Shown here: positions 16,367 through 26,542 of the stretch, piece by piece
How the letters are laid out: the number at the start of each line of letters is the position of its first letter
Position numbering within the stretch: position 1 is the first letter of the stretch
Origin: Flavobacteriaceae bacterium
GTDB taxonomy: Bacteria > Bacteroidota > Bacteroidia > Flavobacteriales > Flavobacteriaceae
DNA length: 64,000 nt
Assembly: GCA_029248405.1 (NCBI GenBank)
Contig: JAQWJJ010000014.1
Coordinates: 49,661 to 113,660 of the forward strand
Direction of reading: 5' to 3'
Made by a program: the position numbers and the translations under genes
Notes under the pieces: model-generated
Told to the model about the DNA's origin: nothing
The model's input: the letters and a program-made list of their open reading frames with translations, nothing else
Databases searched by the model: none

Positions 16367-18772
16367 TTATTGAATCTGATAAATCAGTACTTCATTGGTT
16401 TGTCCTTGCACAATAAAATTACTTTTTTTGTTTCGATTCATGTCTGCCATATCTATTGACGACGATCCATAGACAGGAAAATTTTTAAGGGCATCACCGG
16501 ACTTATTCAAAATCAAAATACTATTGGTTTCACGGTTGTGCAAGGCGACATACAATTGACCCCTGAGGTCAAAAAGCTGCGGCGCATCATAAAGCCCTAA
16601 TGGCAATTCTATGAGTCTACCATTAATGCGTAATAAATTTTCATCTAAACTTACTTTGTTTGGGCCAAGCATATGAGTCAGAGAATTTTGCGCTTTCGCA
16701 GTAGGATCTCTTTGGACTTTTCCATTCGTATCAATGGTGATTTTCGTGAGGTCCTTGGTCCAAAACACAAAATGACGCCCTTCTTTGCGCGGTATTTCGG
16801 CGCCAAAATCAAATTGATCATTGACTGTGATGCGGGTTTTACCTACTCGATTCAAAATTTGTAGCCGTCCATTGGCCTCTTGAATCAAAAGATAATCCTT
16901 GGTGCCAATGCGGATATGTGTCGGGGCATGGGTGAGCTCATGGGCCGCTTTATTGAAGGTAAAACCTTTGACTCTTTTGCCTAAACGGTCGAACATGAGG
17001 ACTTCTTTACCTTGAACAATGACAAATCGATATTTACGATTGTTGTCATAATCAAATATGGCAAGTGGCTGCGTGATAGGGTCTTTGAACAACTTCGGGA
17101 ACGGGGAGACATTTTGTCCGTTACGGTCTAAGATATAGAACCCTTTTGCTGTTGCAAAGGCGAGCTGCTTTTTGCCATTGCGCAAAAGATCGACTTCTTG
17201 TATCGACCCTAAAATAGGCGCGCCCAGCGCTTTGGTCCAAAGGATTTTTCCATTGGCGCCAATAAAGTATAATTTATTACCGATGTCCTGTGCCACGATA
17301 TCTTTGCCTGAGGTCTTGTGGTTGGTAAAAAACTGTGGTCTGGCCAGCAAAGCCTCTTCCAAAACCGTGGTGGTCAACAGCTGTACTTGGTTATTGGCCA
17401 AAGATTTATTTTCATTGGACTTGGCTATGAAATTGATGTGGTTAAAGCCTCTGTCACTAATGGCTAGGGTCACGATCAACGGGAATTTTTTGATTACTTT
17501 GGGTTGTTTAAAGCCAAAGCCTTTCTGAATAATCGGATCAAGTTGCCCCTTCATATTCATGTAAAGCATAGAGCTTTCTGCAGCCAAATAGCTTTGATAC
17601 CCTTCATAACTTGAACTGGCGGCGACCACCTCATTGTTTTGAAGCAACCCAATGAATTCCTTTGCAGCGGCGTCATCTGGCGTGAGCACTACGAAAGAAT
17701 CCCATATGAAGCAGTGTGTTACTTTTAAATCATCACCTACAAGAGGGCGAAATGGTTCGAGTAACTTTGTGGCCCCATTGATGTCAAATAGGTCAATTGA
17801 GCGGTAATTGCCCGAGGGATTGAGTAGGGGGTTGAGTTCGCTCAGGGACAACTCAGTATCTAAACTGTGCAGCACTAAAGCCTGGTATGTGTCGAATTGT
17901 ATCAGGGTCAACTCATCGGCAGTTTCGTATACTGTTGGCAGGCTTGTCCAGAGCCGAGATGGATCAGTTGATGACCAACGCTTGAGTTGTTTTGTGAGGG
18001 TGTCTAATTGATTGTAGACCAAACTTTGAGCACTTTTTGCACTCAGTGGTGTGATTTCTGGTGCCCGACTCACTTGTGGTCTTTGACCCAAAGTCAATTG
18101 CGCCACTTCAAGGGTGTCAAGAGCAGGCATCAATACACCATGCCCGGACATGCCATCTGGTGTCAATTGCAAATCAAATGACAGCCAATCTTGGTGCACG
18201 CCCCGCTGAGCAACCACGAGGTCTTTGTCATGTTTTAGGGATAATATTTTTTCCACTGGCAAATAAGACAAGACTTTTTGATCCCATAAATCGTAAATGA
18301 CGGATGGTGTAGAACCAAAAATAGTGAGTGAATCAATTTTGGCTTGATAGCTTTTTGTGCCTTGTGACTCTAAGATTATTAGTGGTCTGTTTTGGTCACC
18401 GACACTATCGCGGATCGCGAGTCCTAGCGAGTCACTTGGCCAAACCAATAGACGCGTGGGAATCACAAAGATCGCTTGTGCCAAATCAGGCTTGTTTTCG
18501 ATCAGACTGAACAGACCTGGACCCCTTGATTCGAAAAGACTGAGAGTTTTGGTCAAAGATTCAGGCAATAATAAGGGATTGTCAGTGCCCAGTTCTTTTA
18601 GAAATCGATGCTCTTTTAGTGCGGGTAATCCCGTGTTTAAGTTTTTGACCTGAATGAGACATTCTGCAGTTTCTGGGACGAGGCTGTATGGTGTTTTGTG
18701 CGCGACCTCCTTACTGGCGCATCCCAAGAGCAGAAGGCTACAAAAAACAATGATGTGGTGTTGTCGGCGCAT
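16367..18772 (-). CDS. large lipoprotein with C-terminal beta-propeller-like repeats, unknown function
   Basis: The track start is a TTG; the ATG at 18772 gives MRRQHHIIVFCSLLLLGCAS (lipobox). The C-terminal ~330 aa repeat (L/F)(D/N)(R/K).G(K/Q/D) about every 40-50 aa: ANGKILW, LDRNGQNV, FDRLGKRV, LNRVGKTR, IDTNGKVQ, LNKSGDAL. Confidence 0.65.
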   Translation of the reverse strand: MRRQHHIIVFCSLLLLGCASKEVAHKTPYSLVPETAECLIQVKNLNTGLPALKEHRFLKELGTDNPLLLPESLTKTLSLFESRGPGLFSLIENKPDLAQAIFVIPTRLLVWPSDSLGLAIRDSVGDQNRPLIILESQGTKSYQAKIDSLTIFGSTPSVIYDLWDQKVLSYLPVEKILSLKHDKDLVVAQRGVHQDWLSFDLQLTPDGMSGHGVLMPALDTLEVAQLTLGQRPQVSRAPEITPLSAKSAQSLVYNQLDTLTKQLKRWSSTDPSRLWTSLPTVYETADELTLIQFDTYQALVLHSLDTELSLSELNPLLNPSGNYRSIDLFDINGATKLLEPFRPLVGDDLKVTHCFIWDSFVVLTPDDAAAKEFIGLLQNNEVVAASSSYEGYQSYLAAESSMLYMNMKGQLDPIIQKGFGFKQPKVIKKFPLIVTLAISDRGFNHINFIAKSNENKSLANNQVQLLTTTVLEEALLARPQFFTNHKTSGKDIVAQDIGNKLYFIGANGKILWTKALGAPILGSIQEVDLLRNGKKQLAFATAKGFYILDRNGQNVSPFPKLFKDPITQPLAIFDYDNNRKYRFVIVQGKEVLMFDRLGKRVKGFTFNKAAHELTHAPTHIRIGTKDYLLIQEANGRLQILNRVGKTRITVNDQFDFGAEIPRKEGRHFVFWTKDLTKITIDTNGKVQRDPTAKAQNSLTHMLGPNKVSLDENLLRINGRLIELPLGLYDAPQLFDLRGQLYVALHNRETNSILILNKSGDALKNFPVYGSSSIDMADMNRNKKSNFIVQGQTNEVLIYQIQ

Positions 18773-18846
18773 ACACAAAAATACATAGGAATACCGAAAA
18801 CTAAAGCAAAACAACAAAAGAAGATAAAAAGGCCGATCAGGAATCG

Positions 18847-19431
18847 TTAGGGATCAGGTAAGAGTCTAAAGCTCATGCGGTGAAATGGTGTCGGCCCAAA
18901 TTGCTCGATTGCTGCGCGATGGGCTTTGGTGGGGTATCCTTGGTTTTGACGCCAGCCATACTCGGGGTGCAGGGCATCTATTGTACTCATATATCTGTCG
19001 CGTGTGGTCTTGGCTAAAATGGATGCAGCCGCGATATGTTGATATTTACTGTCTCCCTTAATGACGCATTGGTAGGGTGTGGATCCATACGGTTTGAAAC
19101 GATTGCCGTCTACAGCAATAAAATCTGGCTGAGGTGACAATAAATTTATGGCCTCGTGCATCGCCCTAATAGAGGCATTTAGGATATTGATGCGGTCGAT
19201 ATCTTCCATCATCACATGGGCTACGGCGTGATCTAGTGATTCTTCAAGAATGAGCGTGCGCAGCAATTCACGTTTTTTTAATGAAAGTTGTTTTGAGTCA
19301 TTGAGCCAAGGATGAGAGAAGTTATCCGGCAGAATAACCGCTGCGGCCGTGACAGGTCCTGCCAAGCAACCGCGGCCAGCCTCATCTGTGCCACATTCTG
19401 TTAGTCCTGTATTTATTTTCAGCGCAAGCAT
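18847..19431 (-). CDS. rnhB: ribonuclease HII
   Basis: Contains GTDEAGRGCLAGPV, AVDGN and SILAK. Confidence 0.95.
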   Translation of the reverse strand: MLALKINTGLTECGTDEAGRGCLAGPVTAAAVILPDNFSHPWLNDSKQLSLKKRELLRTLILEESLDHAVAHVMMEDIDRINILNASIRAMHEAINLLSPQPDFIAVDGNRFKPYGSTPYQCVIKGDSKYQHIAAASILAKTTRDRYMSTIDALHPEYGWRQNQGYPTKAHRAAIEQFGPTPFHRMSFRLLPDP

Positions 19432-19491
19432 GCCGACTTAAATGTAGGGATTTCCATTTAAAATATTTTAACTTTACCGTTCAATTCTCCG

Positions 19492-21414
19492 ATGATGAAA
19501 AAAACACTGGTATTGCTGTTTTGGGGACTAAGCCTGATGACAGCGTTTAGTCAAGACTCGGGGTCTTTCCAAGAAGGATTCAAGCCTCCCGAAAGAGAAA
19601 AGCCAGGAATTGATTTGTATCAAATTATTTCTTTAGACGGAGATACCACTATTGTTGATACCACCTTATCCTTGGAGAAGCTTTCTCGGTTTAATTATTT
19701 GAGAAAGGACGACCTTACGCTATTGACTTTTTCCAATGTAGGGCAAGCGTATAATGCTTTGACTTTTACTCCAGGTCATGATCAATTAACGCCGCTTTTT
19801 GCGGCACAGGCGCAACACATCAATTACCAAACCGCCGAAGAAATTAATTACTATCGCGTGCCCACACCGCTGACCGAATTATATTTCAAAACAGCCTTTG
19901 AGCAGGGACAGCAATTGGATGCATTTTTTACAGTGAACACTTCTGAAAGGCTTAATATTTCTCTAGCTTATAAAGGTGTGAGGTCTTTAGGACAATTCCA
20001 ACATATCCTTAATAGTACAGGTAATTTTAGAGCAACTTTGAGCTATGATTCTGATAATGGTCAATACCATCTCAAAGGTCATTTAACGGCACAAGACATC
20101 CTTAACCAACAAAACGGTGGTTTGACAGAAAATGCCTTAGTGCTCTACCAAAATAACGACCCTGAGTTTAATGATAGAGGGCGGTTAGATGTGCGGTTTG
20201 AGGATGCTGAAAATCAACTGCGTGGCACCCGATATTTTGTCAACCAAGAATACCAATTTGGTGGCGGAGTGGCCCCCGAAGATGATTCGGCGAAAAAAAA
20301 CTGGGGCTATGTTGGTATGACCAATAGTTTCGAAACTAAATCATATCAATACAAGCAAGATCAAGCTTTTGAAGATTTTGGTGACGCTTACGTTAACGAG
20401 GATTTAAAAACCAAAACAAAAGGGATATTTGCTTCCTCTGAACTCTATACAGGGCTCAAAATAAAGGGAATAAAAAAACTAGAACCTTTTGTGGGGCACC
20501 ATTACTATCGTTATGGATATAACCGCCTTCTTGATCTGAGTGATGGAGTGATTCAAGATCAAATAAAAGAACACTTTTACACCGCGGGTGTGCGGTGGGA
20601 AGGACAATGGAACAAATGGGGTCTTGAGGGACAATTTAAGAAGTCGATCTCTGCTATAGTACCTGGTTCTTTAATTGAGGTCTCTGCGTCCCGAAATTTA
20701 GGTCGCGACTCGGAGCTTACAGCCAGATATTTGCGGAGCGAGACTCCCGCAGCACTTAACATGCAGCTGAATCAAAGTGACTACCAGGGTTATAATTGGC
20801 AAAATTCCTGGGGTGCTGTGCGCACACAGACTATAGAAGGACAATTGAATTCTGATTTTTTAGGGCGCCTGAAAGCCCAATGGACAAAGATTGATGGTTA
20901 TGTTTATTTTGGCAATATTGGTGCTGGTCAGAGCCCTGTTCCGATGCAAGACAACAACGGTATCGCTCTTTTGGCGTTGCGCCATGATAAGATCTTCAAT
21001 TTTGGCAAATTCGGTTATGAATCAAATGTCATCTACCAAAATGTACTCTCAGGCACCCAGGTGATGCCACTTCCAGAGTTACTGGCGCGGCAGAGTTTAT
21101 ATTTCCAGGATGAGTGGTTCCAAAAGGCAGCACTGATCCAAACAGGTTTTAGGGCCAAGTACTTTACACCTTATTTTGTCAAAGGCTATGACCCTGTTTT
21201 GGCTGAATTTTACGTGCAAAATGAACAAGAGATAGGAGGATTTCCTTTGATAGATTTCTTTTTTCAAGCGAAAATACGTCAGACACGATTCTTTCTGGTT
21301 TATGAGCACTTGAATCAAATGTTCACCTCGGTACGGGATCAATTTAGCGCACCAGGCTATCCTTATCGAGACGCTCTTGTTCGATTCGGATTGGTTTGGA
21401 ATTTCTTTCAGTAG
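19492..21414 (+). CDS. putative outer-membrane beta-barrel protein (putative-porin-like)
   Basis: Signal peptide and 640 aa of alternating aromatic/polar beta-strand sequence, ending VRFGLVWNFFQ. The family assignment is tentative. Confidence 0.5.
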   Translation: MMKKTLVLLFWGLSLMTAFSQDSGSFQEGFKPPEREKPGIDLYQIISLDGDTTIVDTTLSLEKLSRFNYLRKDDLTLLTFSNVGQAYNALTFTPGHDQLTPLFAAQAQHINYQTAEEINYYRVPTPLTELYFKTAFEQGQQLDAFFTVNTSERLNISLAYKGVRSLGQFQHILNSTGNFRATLSYDSDNGQYHLKGHLTAQDILNQQNGGLTENALVLYQNNDPEFNDRGRLDVRFEDAENQLRGTRYFVNQEYQFGGGVAPEDDSAKKNWGYVGMTNSFETKSYQYKQDQAFEDFGDAYVNEDLKTKTKGIFASSELYTGLKIKGIKKLEPFVGHHYYRYGYNRLLDLSDGVIQDQIKEHFYTAGVRWEGQWNKWGLEGQFKKSISAIVPGSLIEVSASRNLGRDSELTARYLRSETPAALNMQLNQSDYQGYNWQNSWGAVRTQTIEGQLNSDFLGRLKAQWTKIDGYVYFGNIGAGQSPVPMQDNNGIALLALRHDKIFNFGKFGYESNVIYQNVLSGTQVMPLPELLARQSLYFQDEWFQKAALIQTGFRAKYFTPYFVKGYDPVLAEFYVQNEQEIGGFPLIDFFFQAKIRQTRFFLVYEHLNQMFTSVRDQFSAPGYPYRDALVRFGLVWNFFQ

Positions 21415-21432
21415 TCCTAGAATCGATATTGA

Positions 21433-22575
21433 TCAATCCCGCAATAGATCTCTTGAAATCACAATTTTTTGGATCTCACTAGTGCCTTCATAAATCTGGG
21501 TGATTTTTGCATCACGCATCAAGCGTTCGACGTGGTATTCTTTAACAAATCCATTACCACCATGTATTTGCACCGCTTCAACGCTGGTGTCCATCGCCAC
21601 TTGACTGGCATATAATTTTGCCATCGCACTGGTTCGGTCGTAATTCAGGCCTTGATCTTTTTCCCAAGCAGCTTTGAGCACCAAGTGTCTGGCCGCTTCT
21701 ATTTGTGTATGCATGTCCGCAAGCTTAAAGGCAATGGCCTGATGGTTGCAAATTTCTGTGCCAAAAGACTTTCGAATTTTTGAATAGTCTCTGGCCAATT
21801 CGTAAGCTCCTGAGGCAATGCCTAGGGCCTGTGCAGCAATACCTATTCTGCCGCCACTTAATGTTTTCATGGCAAACTTAAAACCGAATCCATCTTCACC
21901 AATTCTATTTTCTTTAGGAACACGGACATCATTAAAAACTAAACTATGTGTGTCGCTCCCGCGGATGCCAAGTTTATCTTCTTTAGGTCCAACCGTAAAA
22001 CCCTCCCAATTTTTTTCAACAATAAACGCGTTAATGCCCTTATGTCCTTTTTCTTTATGGGTTTGCGCAATCACAATATGATAGTCTGCTGTTCCGCCAT
22101 TGGTGATCCAATTCTTGGTCCCATTGAGTAAATAATGATCGCCTTGGTCGATAGCGGTTGTGCTTTGGGATGTGGCATCACTTCCGGCTTCGGGTTCGCT
22201 CAAGCAAAATGCCCCTAAAGCCTCACCTGTAGCCAGTGGCTTAAGGTATTTTTCTTTTTGCGCTTCGCTGCCATAATGCTCAATACCATAACAGACCAGA
22301 GAGTTGTTGACCGAGACAATTACGGAACTCGATGCGTCGACTTTACTGAGTTCTTCCATGACTAAAGCATAAGCAATTGTGTCCATGCCGCCGCCGCCAT
22401 ATTTAGGATCGACCATCATGCCGAGAAATCCCATTTCCCCCATTTTTTTGACTTGGTCTTTTGGAAAGGTTTGATGGGTATCGCGCTCAATAACGCCAGG
22501 CAATAATTCATTTTTTGCAAATTCTCTTGCCGCATCGCGGATCATGATGTGTTCTTCTGAAAGGGAAAAATCCAT
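21433..22575 (-). CDS. acyl-CoA dehydrogenase (short/branched-chain type)
   Basis: Full-length ACAD similarity: FCLSEPEAGSD, WITNG, QIHGGNGF, IYEGTSEIQ. Confidence 0.9.
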   Translation of the reverse strand: MDFSLSEEHIMIRDAAREFAKNELLPGVIERDTHQTFPKDQVKKMGEMGFLGMMVDPKYGGGGMDTIAYALVMEELSKVDASSSVIVSVNNSLVCYGIEHYGSEAQKEKYLKPLATGEALGAFCLSEPEAGSDATSQSTTAIDQGDHYLLNGTKNWITNGGTADYHIVIAQTHKEKGHKGINAFIVEKNWEGFTVGPKEDKLGIRGSDTHSLVFNDVRVPKENRIGEDGFGFKFAMKTLSGGRIGIAAQALGIASGAYELARDYSKIRKSFGTEICNHQAIAFKLADMHTQIEAARHLVLKAAWEKDQGLNYDRTSAMAKLYASQVAMDTSVEAVQIHGGNGFVKEYHVERLMRDAKITQIYEGTSEIQKIVISRDLLRD

Positions 22576-22668
22576 AAGGTCTTGGTGTTTTCTAAAACGA
22601 TTTCGTTAATGGGGCAAAGATACTTTATTGGCCTTAATTTTTCAATAAAACGGATTACTTTTACCATT

Positions 22669-23730
22669 ATGAAAAAGGCTTATTATCGAATTGTCGGTGT
22701 GATGAGTGGCACCTCATTAGATGGAATTGATTTGGCCCATTGTGAATTTTTCGTGCAAGATGGCCGTTGGACTTTTGAGATCGCCCAGGCAGAAACTATT
22801 CCATATGAGCACCAGTGGCAAAGGGATTTGGCCCGTGCCCACAGGCAACCATCAAATGCCGTAGACCTTCTAGACATCGCTTACACCAAGCTCTTGGGGG
22901 AGACCGTCCAGGACTTCTTATTGCGGCATGAGATTCTTCAGCTTGATGCTGTTTGCAGTCACGGCCATACCGTTTTTCATCAGCCCCAGAAGGGTTTGAC
23001 CAGACAAATTGGCAACCGTTCAGAACTGGCCAAAATTATTGGATTCCCGGTGGTTTGTGACTTTAGGGTCCAAGATGTGGCTATGGGGGGGCAGGGGGCG
23101 CCATTGGTACCCATCGGCGATCGATTTTTATTCAGTAATTATGCCGCCTGTTTGAATATTGGCGGTTTTGCCAACGCATCGATTCATCACGAAATAAAGA
23201 CTGAGGCGTTTGATATTGCCCCTGCCAACATCATCTTGAATCATTGGGCGAACGCTTTAGGCGGCGCCTATGATGACCGAGGCTATTGGGCAAGCCAAGG
23301 CTGTGTAAAACAAGATTTGTTGCAGACACTGAATGACTTGCCATTTTATGCGAGATCTGGTCCCAAGTCCCTTGGAAGAGAGTGGTCTGAGCAATTTATT
23401 TATCCATTATTTACAGACTTCCCTTATGATCCCCAAGATTGGTTGGCGACCTATTGCGCTCATTTGGCCGATCAAATTTGCAGGAGCCTCGAAGGACAAA
23501 GGGATGTTTTGGTGACTGGAGGTGGTGCTTTCAATAAGCACTTAATGACCTGTCTGGATCGCCAGCAGCCCAATACCTATGTAACACCGGAACACAAGAC
23601 CATAGCCTATAAGGAGGCTTTAATTTTTGGTCTTTTGGGCGTGCTGCGTTTAAGGGAAGAGAACAATTGTTTGGCTTATGTCACAGGAGCCCGCGAAGAT
23701 CATTGCTCAGGCAGGCTCTTCATGCCCTGA
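22669..23730 (+). CDS. anmK: anhydro-N-acetylmuramic acid kinase
   Basis: The start is trimmed to the ATG at 22669 (MKKAYYRIVGVMSGTSLDGIDLA). LNIGGFAN and VTGGGAFN are also present. Confidence 0.9.
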   Translation: MKKAYYRIVGVMSGTSLDGIDLAHCEFFVQDGRWTFEIAQAETIPYEHQWQRDLARAHRQPSNAVDLLDIAYTKLLGETVQDFLLRHEILQLDAVCSHGHTVFHQPQKGLTRQIGNRSELAKIIGFPVVCDFRVQDVAMGGQGAPLVPIGDRFLFSNYAACLNIGGFANASIHHEIKTEAFDIAPANIILNHWANALGGAYDDRGYWASQGCVKQDLLQTLNDLPFYARSGPKSLGREWSEQFIYPLFTDFPYDPQDWLATYCAHLADQICRSLEGQRDVLVTGGGAFNKHLMTCLDRQQPNTYVTPEHKTIAYKEALIFGLLGVLRLREENNCLAYVTGAREDHCSGRLFMP

Positions 23731-23769
23731 AATTTTACATTATTTTAATCTGTGGCAGTCCCATTTTTT

Positions 23770-23777
23770 TATCTTTG
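23770..23777 (+). promoter_or_regulatory. candidate Bacteroidota -7 promoter box TATCTTTG
   Basis: Matches the TAnnTTTG consensus, 85 nt upstream of the dehydrogenase ATG. This is a motif match only. Confidence 0.25.
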
Positions 23778-23861
23778 TGATGCAGTAAATGACTCTTTTT
23801 GCAGTTGCAATGCGGCTGCCGACCATGACCGAATAACCTCAATTACCTAACAAAATCATTT

Positions 23862-25088
23862 ATGAGAGACTTACTTACTAAGTTCGAACAAAAGCTCCCT
23901 GAAATCGTGTTCCACTGGAATGATCAAGAGACAGAGGCCGAAGGGTGGACAGTAATTAATTCTTTACGCGGCGGCGCAGCAGGAGGAGGAACACGCATGC
24001 GCGTTGGCTTAGATCAAAATGAAGTGTTGAGTTTGGCCAAAACTATGGAAGTGAAGTTTACCGTTTCTGGTCCAGCAATTGGCGGCGCCAAGTCAGGCAT
24101 TAATTTTGACCCAAAAGACCCGCGGAAGAAAGGCGTGCTTCAACGCTGGTACCGGGCCGTGTCTCCTTTGCTTAAGGCCTACTATGGCACAGGAGGCGAC
24201 ATGAATGTTGATGAAATTCACGAGGTCATTCCAATCACGGAAGAAAGTGGTGTATGGCATCCTCAGGAAGGTGTTTTTACAGGGCATTTTACGCCGACAG
24301 AAGCCGACAAAATAAATCGGATTGGACAACTCCGTCAAGGGGTTGTGAAAATTATAGAAAATGTCAATTTTTCGCCAGATGTCGTCCGAAAATATACTGT
24401 TGCGGACATGATCACCGGGTATGGTGTTTCAGAATCCATCAACCACTATTATCGTTTGTATGGTGGTCATATCAAAGGCAAGAGAGCCATCATTCAAGGG
24501 TTCGGCAACGTGGGGTCTGCAGCCGCTTATTACTTGTCTCAGTTGGGGGTGAAGATTGTGGGAATTATTGATAAAGAAGGAGGTTTGATCAACGAAGATG
24601 GATTCGACTTCGCGACAATCAAAGACTTGTTTCTCCAAAAGGACGGCAATTCATTAGTGAGCGACCAAATGATTCCTTTTGAAGAAGTTAATCGCCGTAT
24701 TTGGGAAGTTTCAGCAGATATTTTCGCCCCGTGCGCAGCTTCTCGTTTGATCAAAAAAGAGCAGATTGATGCCCTAATTGATAATGGTCTTGAGGTTGTG
24801 AGTTCTGGTGCTAATGTCCCATTTGCCGATAGTGAAATTTTCTTTGGTCCCATTATGGCAGCAACTGATGCGAAGATCAGCTTAATTCCTGATTTTATCA
24901 GCAACTGCGGTATGGCGAGGGTATTTGCCTATTTTATGGAAAAGCGCGTTGCCATGACGGATGATGCGATTTTTACGGATGTATCACAAACCATTGGACG
25001 GGCTCTAGAAGCGGTGCATCAGCAGAATCCTCAGCCTGCTCATCTCAGCGAGACTGCTTTTGAAATTGCCCTCAAGCAGCTCGTTTAA
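23862..25088 (+). CDS. Glu/Leu/Phe/Val-family amino-acid dehydrogenase
   Basis: Contains GGGTRM, GPAIGGAKSGINFDP (catalytic Lys region) and the Rossmann motif IQGFGNVGS. Confidence 0.85.
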   Translation: MRDLLTKFEQKLPEIVFHWNDQETEAEGWTVINSLRGGAAGGGTRMRVGLDQNEVLSLAKTMEVKFTVSGPAIGGAKSGINFDPKDPRKKGVLQRWYRAVSPLLKAYYGTGGDMNVDEIHEVIPITEESGVWHPQEGVFTGHFTPTEADKINRIGQLRQGVVKIIENVNFSPDVVRKYTVADMITGYGVSESINHYYRLYGGHIKGKRAIIQGFGNVGSAAAYYLSQLGVKIVGIIDKEGGLINEDGFDFATIKDLFLQKDGNSLVSDQMIPFEEVNRRIWEVSADIFAPCAASRLIKKEQIDALIDNGLEVVSSGANVPFADSEIFFGPIMAATDAKISLIPDFISNCGMARVFAYFMEKRVAMTDDAIFTDVSQTIGRALEAVHQQNPQPAHLSETAFEIALKQLV

Positions 25089-25114
25089 TTTGTTATAATT
25101 ATTAAAAGTATCGT

Positions 25115-26497
25115 ATGGAATCAATTGTAATTCTGATTTTTATTGTTGGCTATTTGGCCATTACATTAGAACACCCCCTCAAGTTAGATAAAACAGTTCC
25201 GGCACTTTTGATGGCTGCAACGATTTGGGCGCTTTTGGCCATTGGCTTTGGACAAGGTTGGTTCCAAATCATTGACACTGAAAATTCAATATTTGGTGCC
25301 CTAACAGGAGGCGAAAGTGCCTTACATGGGTTTGAGCAAACACTGCTGCACCATCTGGGTAAAACAGCGGAAATTTTGATCTTTTTGATTGGTGCGATGA
25401 CCATCGTTGAGATCATAGACTTGCATCGTGGATTTGATGTACTCAAAACCGCAGTCAAAACAAGAAAAAAGCGTTCACTTCTTTGGATCATTGGGCTATT
25501 AGCATTCATACTATCGGCCATTATTGATAACCTGACGGCTACCATTGTGCTGATCACTTTACTCAGAAAGCTCATCCATGACAAACAGTCCAGAATTTGG
25601 TATGCTTCGATGGTCGTGATCGCTGCCAATGCTGGTGGAGCATGGTCTCCAATTGGAGATGTGACCACCACAATGCTGTGGATTGCAAAAAAAGTTTCTG
25701 CAGCAGGCCTAATAGACTTCGTCATTTTGCCTTCTGTGGTGTGTTTTATATTGCCGTTTTTCATTGCGAGTTATATGAAACCCTTTAAAGGTGAGATTCA
25801 GGTGGATATTGCTAAAGAGCAAGATGTCCAAAAACTCCTGAGCAGTGCGACAATGCTTTATTTAGGACTAGGAATGATCATTTCGGTACCGGTCTTTAAA
25901 ATGGTCACACACTTACCGCCTTATATGGGGATGATGCTGGCTTTGGGTGTGGTTTGGTTAGTTTCAGAATACATCCATCCTGAGGAAGACTTTACGAAGG
26001 AGCGTCGCCATTTGTATTCTGCGCACAAAGCTCTGTCGCGTATTGAGATTTCAAGTATCTTATTTTTCTTGGGTATCCTGATGGCAGTCGCAGGATTAGA
26101 ATCTTTGGTTTTTGGTGTGGCGCAAAATGGGGAGCCTGTTGGCACCCTGCGTTATTTGGCAGAAGTGCTCCAAGGGGCTATACCAAATCAAGATGTGGTC
26201 GTGATTTTACTAGGAATCGGCTCTGCTATTATTGACAATGTTCCACTTGTAGCTGCTTCTATTGGGATGTATGATGCGCCGTTGGATGATGTTTTATGGC
26301 ATTTTATTGCCTATTCTGCCGGGACCGGAGGGAGCATGTTGATCATTGGTTCGGCTGCAGGTGTTGCTGCCATGGGGATGGAACGCATTAATTTTATTTG
26401 GTACCTGAAAAATATTGCATGGCTTGCATTTATTGGTTTCATTGCTGGTGCTGGTGTGTTTCTATTATTTGAGCGTGTGATTTTTCACCACGTATAA
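25115..26497 (+). CDS. nhaD: NhaD/ArsB-superfamily Na+/H+ antiporter
   Basis: 460-aa polytopic protein with NhaD-like strings IIDNLTATIV and AIIDNVPLVAA. Confidence 0.75.
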   Translation: MESIVILIFIVGYLAITLEHPLKLDKTVPALLMAATIWALLAIGFGQGWFQIIDTENSIFGALTGGESALHGFEQTLLHHLGKTAEILIFLIGAMTIVEIIDLHRGFDVLKTAVKTRKKRSLLWIIGLLAFILSAIIDNLTATIVLITLLRKLIHDKQSRIWYASMVVIAANAGGAWSPIGDVTTTMLWIAKKVSAAGLIDFVILPSVVCFILPFFIASYMKPFKGEIQVDIAKEQDVQKLLSSATMLYLGLGMIISVPVFKMVTHLPPYMGMMLALGVVWLVSEYIHPEEDFTKERRHLYSAHKALSRIEISSILFFLGILMAVAGLESLVFGVAQNGEPVGTLRYLAEVLQGAIPNQDVVVILLGIGSAIIDNVPLVAASIGMYDAPLDDVLWHFIAYSAGTGGSMLIIGSAAGVAAMGMERINFIWYLKNIAWLAFIGFIAGAGVFLLFERVIFHHV

Positions 26498-26542
26498 CAA
26501 TTCTCGAGCGTGTTTGGCGTTTGGATGTAAACCCTAATTCTT

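Noticed and set aside
25150-25764. 204-aa reverse-strand ORF; also similar long antisense ORFs at 47681..48217, 2059..2553, 41031..41507, 42465..42923, 35689..36105, 57708..58109, 31357..31755
   Set aside because: Each lies entirely inside and antisense to a gene with strong family signatures (nhaD, DUF389, the OM barrel, porU, porV, murF, the membrane protein, folC). Their translations are low-complexity with no motifs. They look like typical shadow ORFs.
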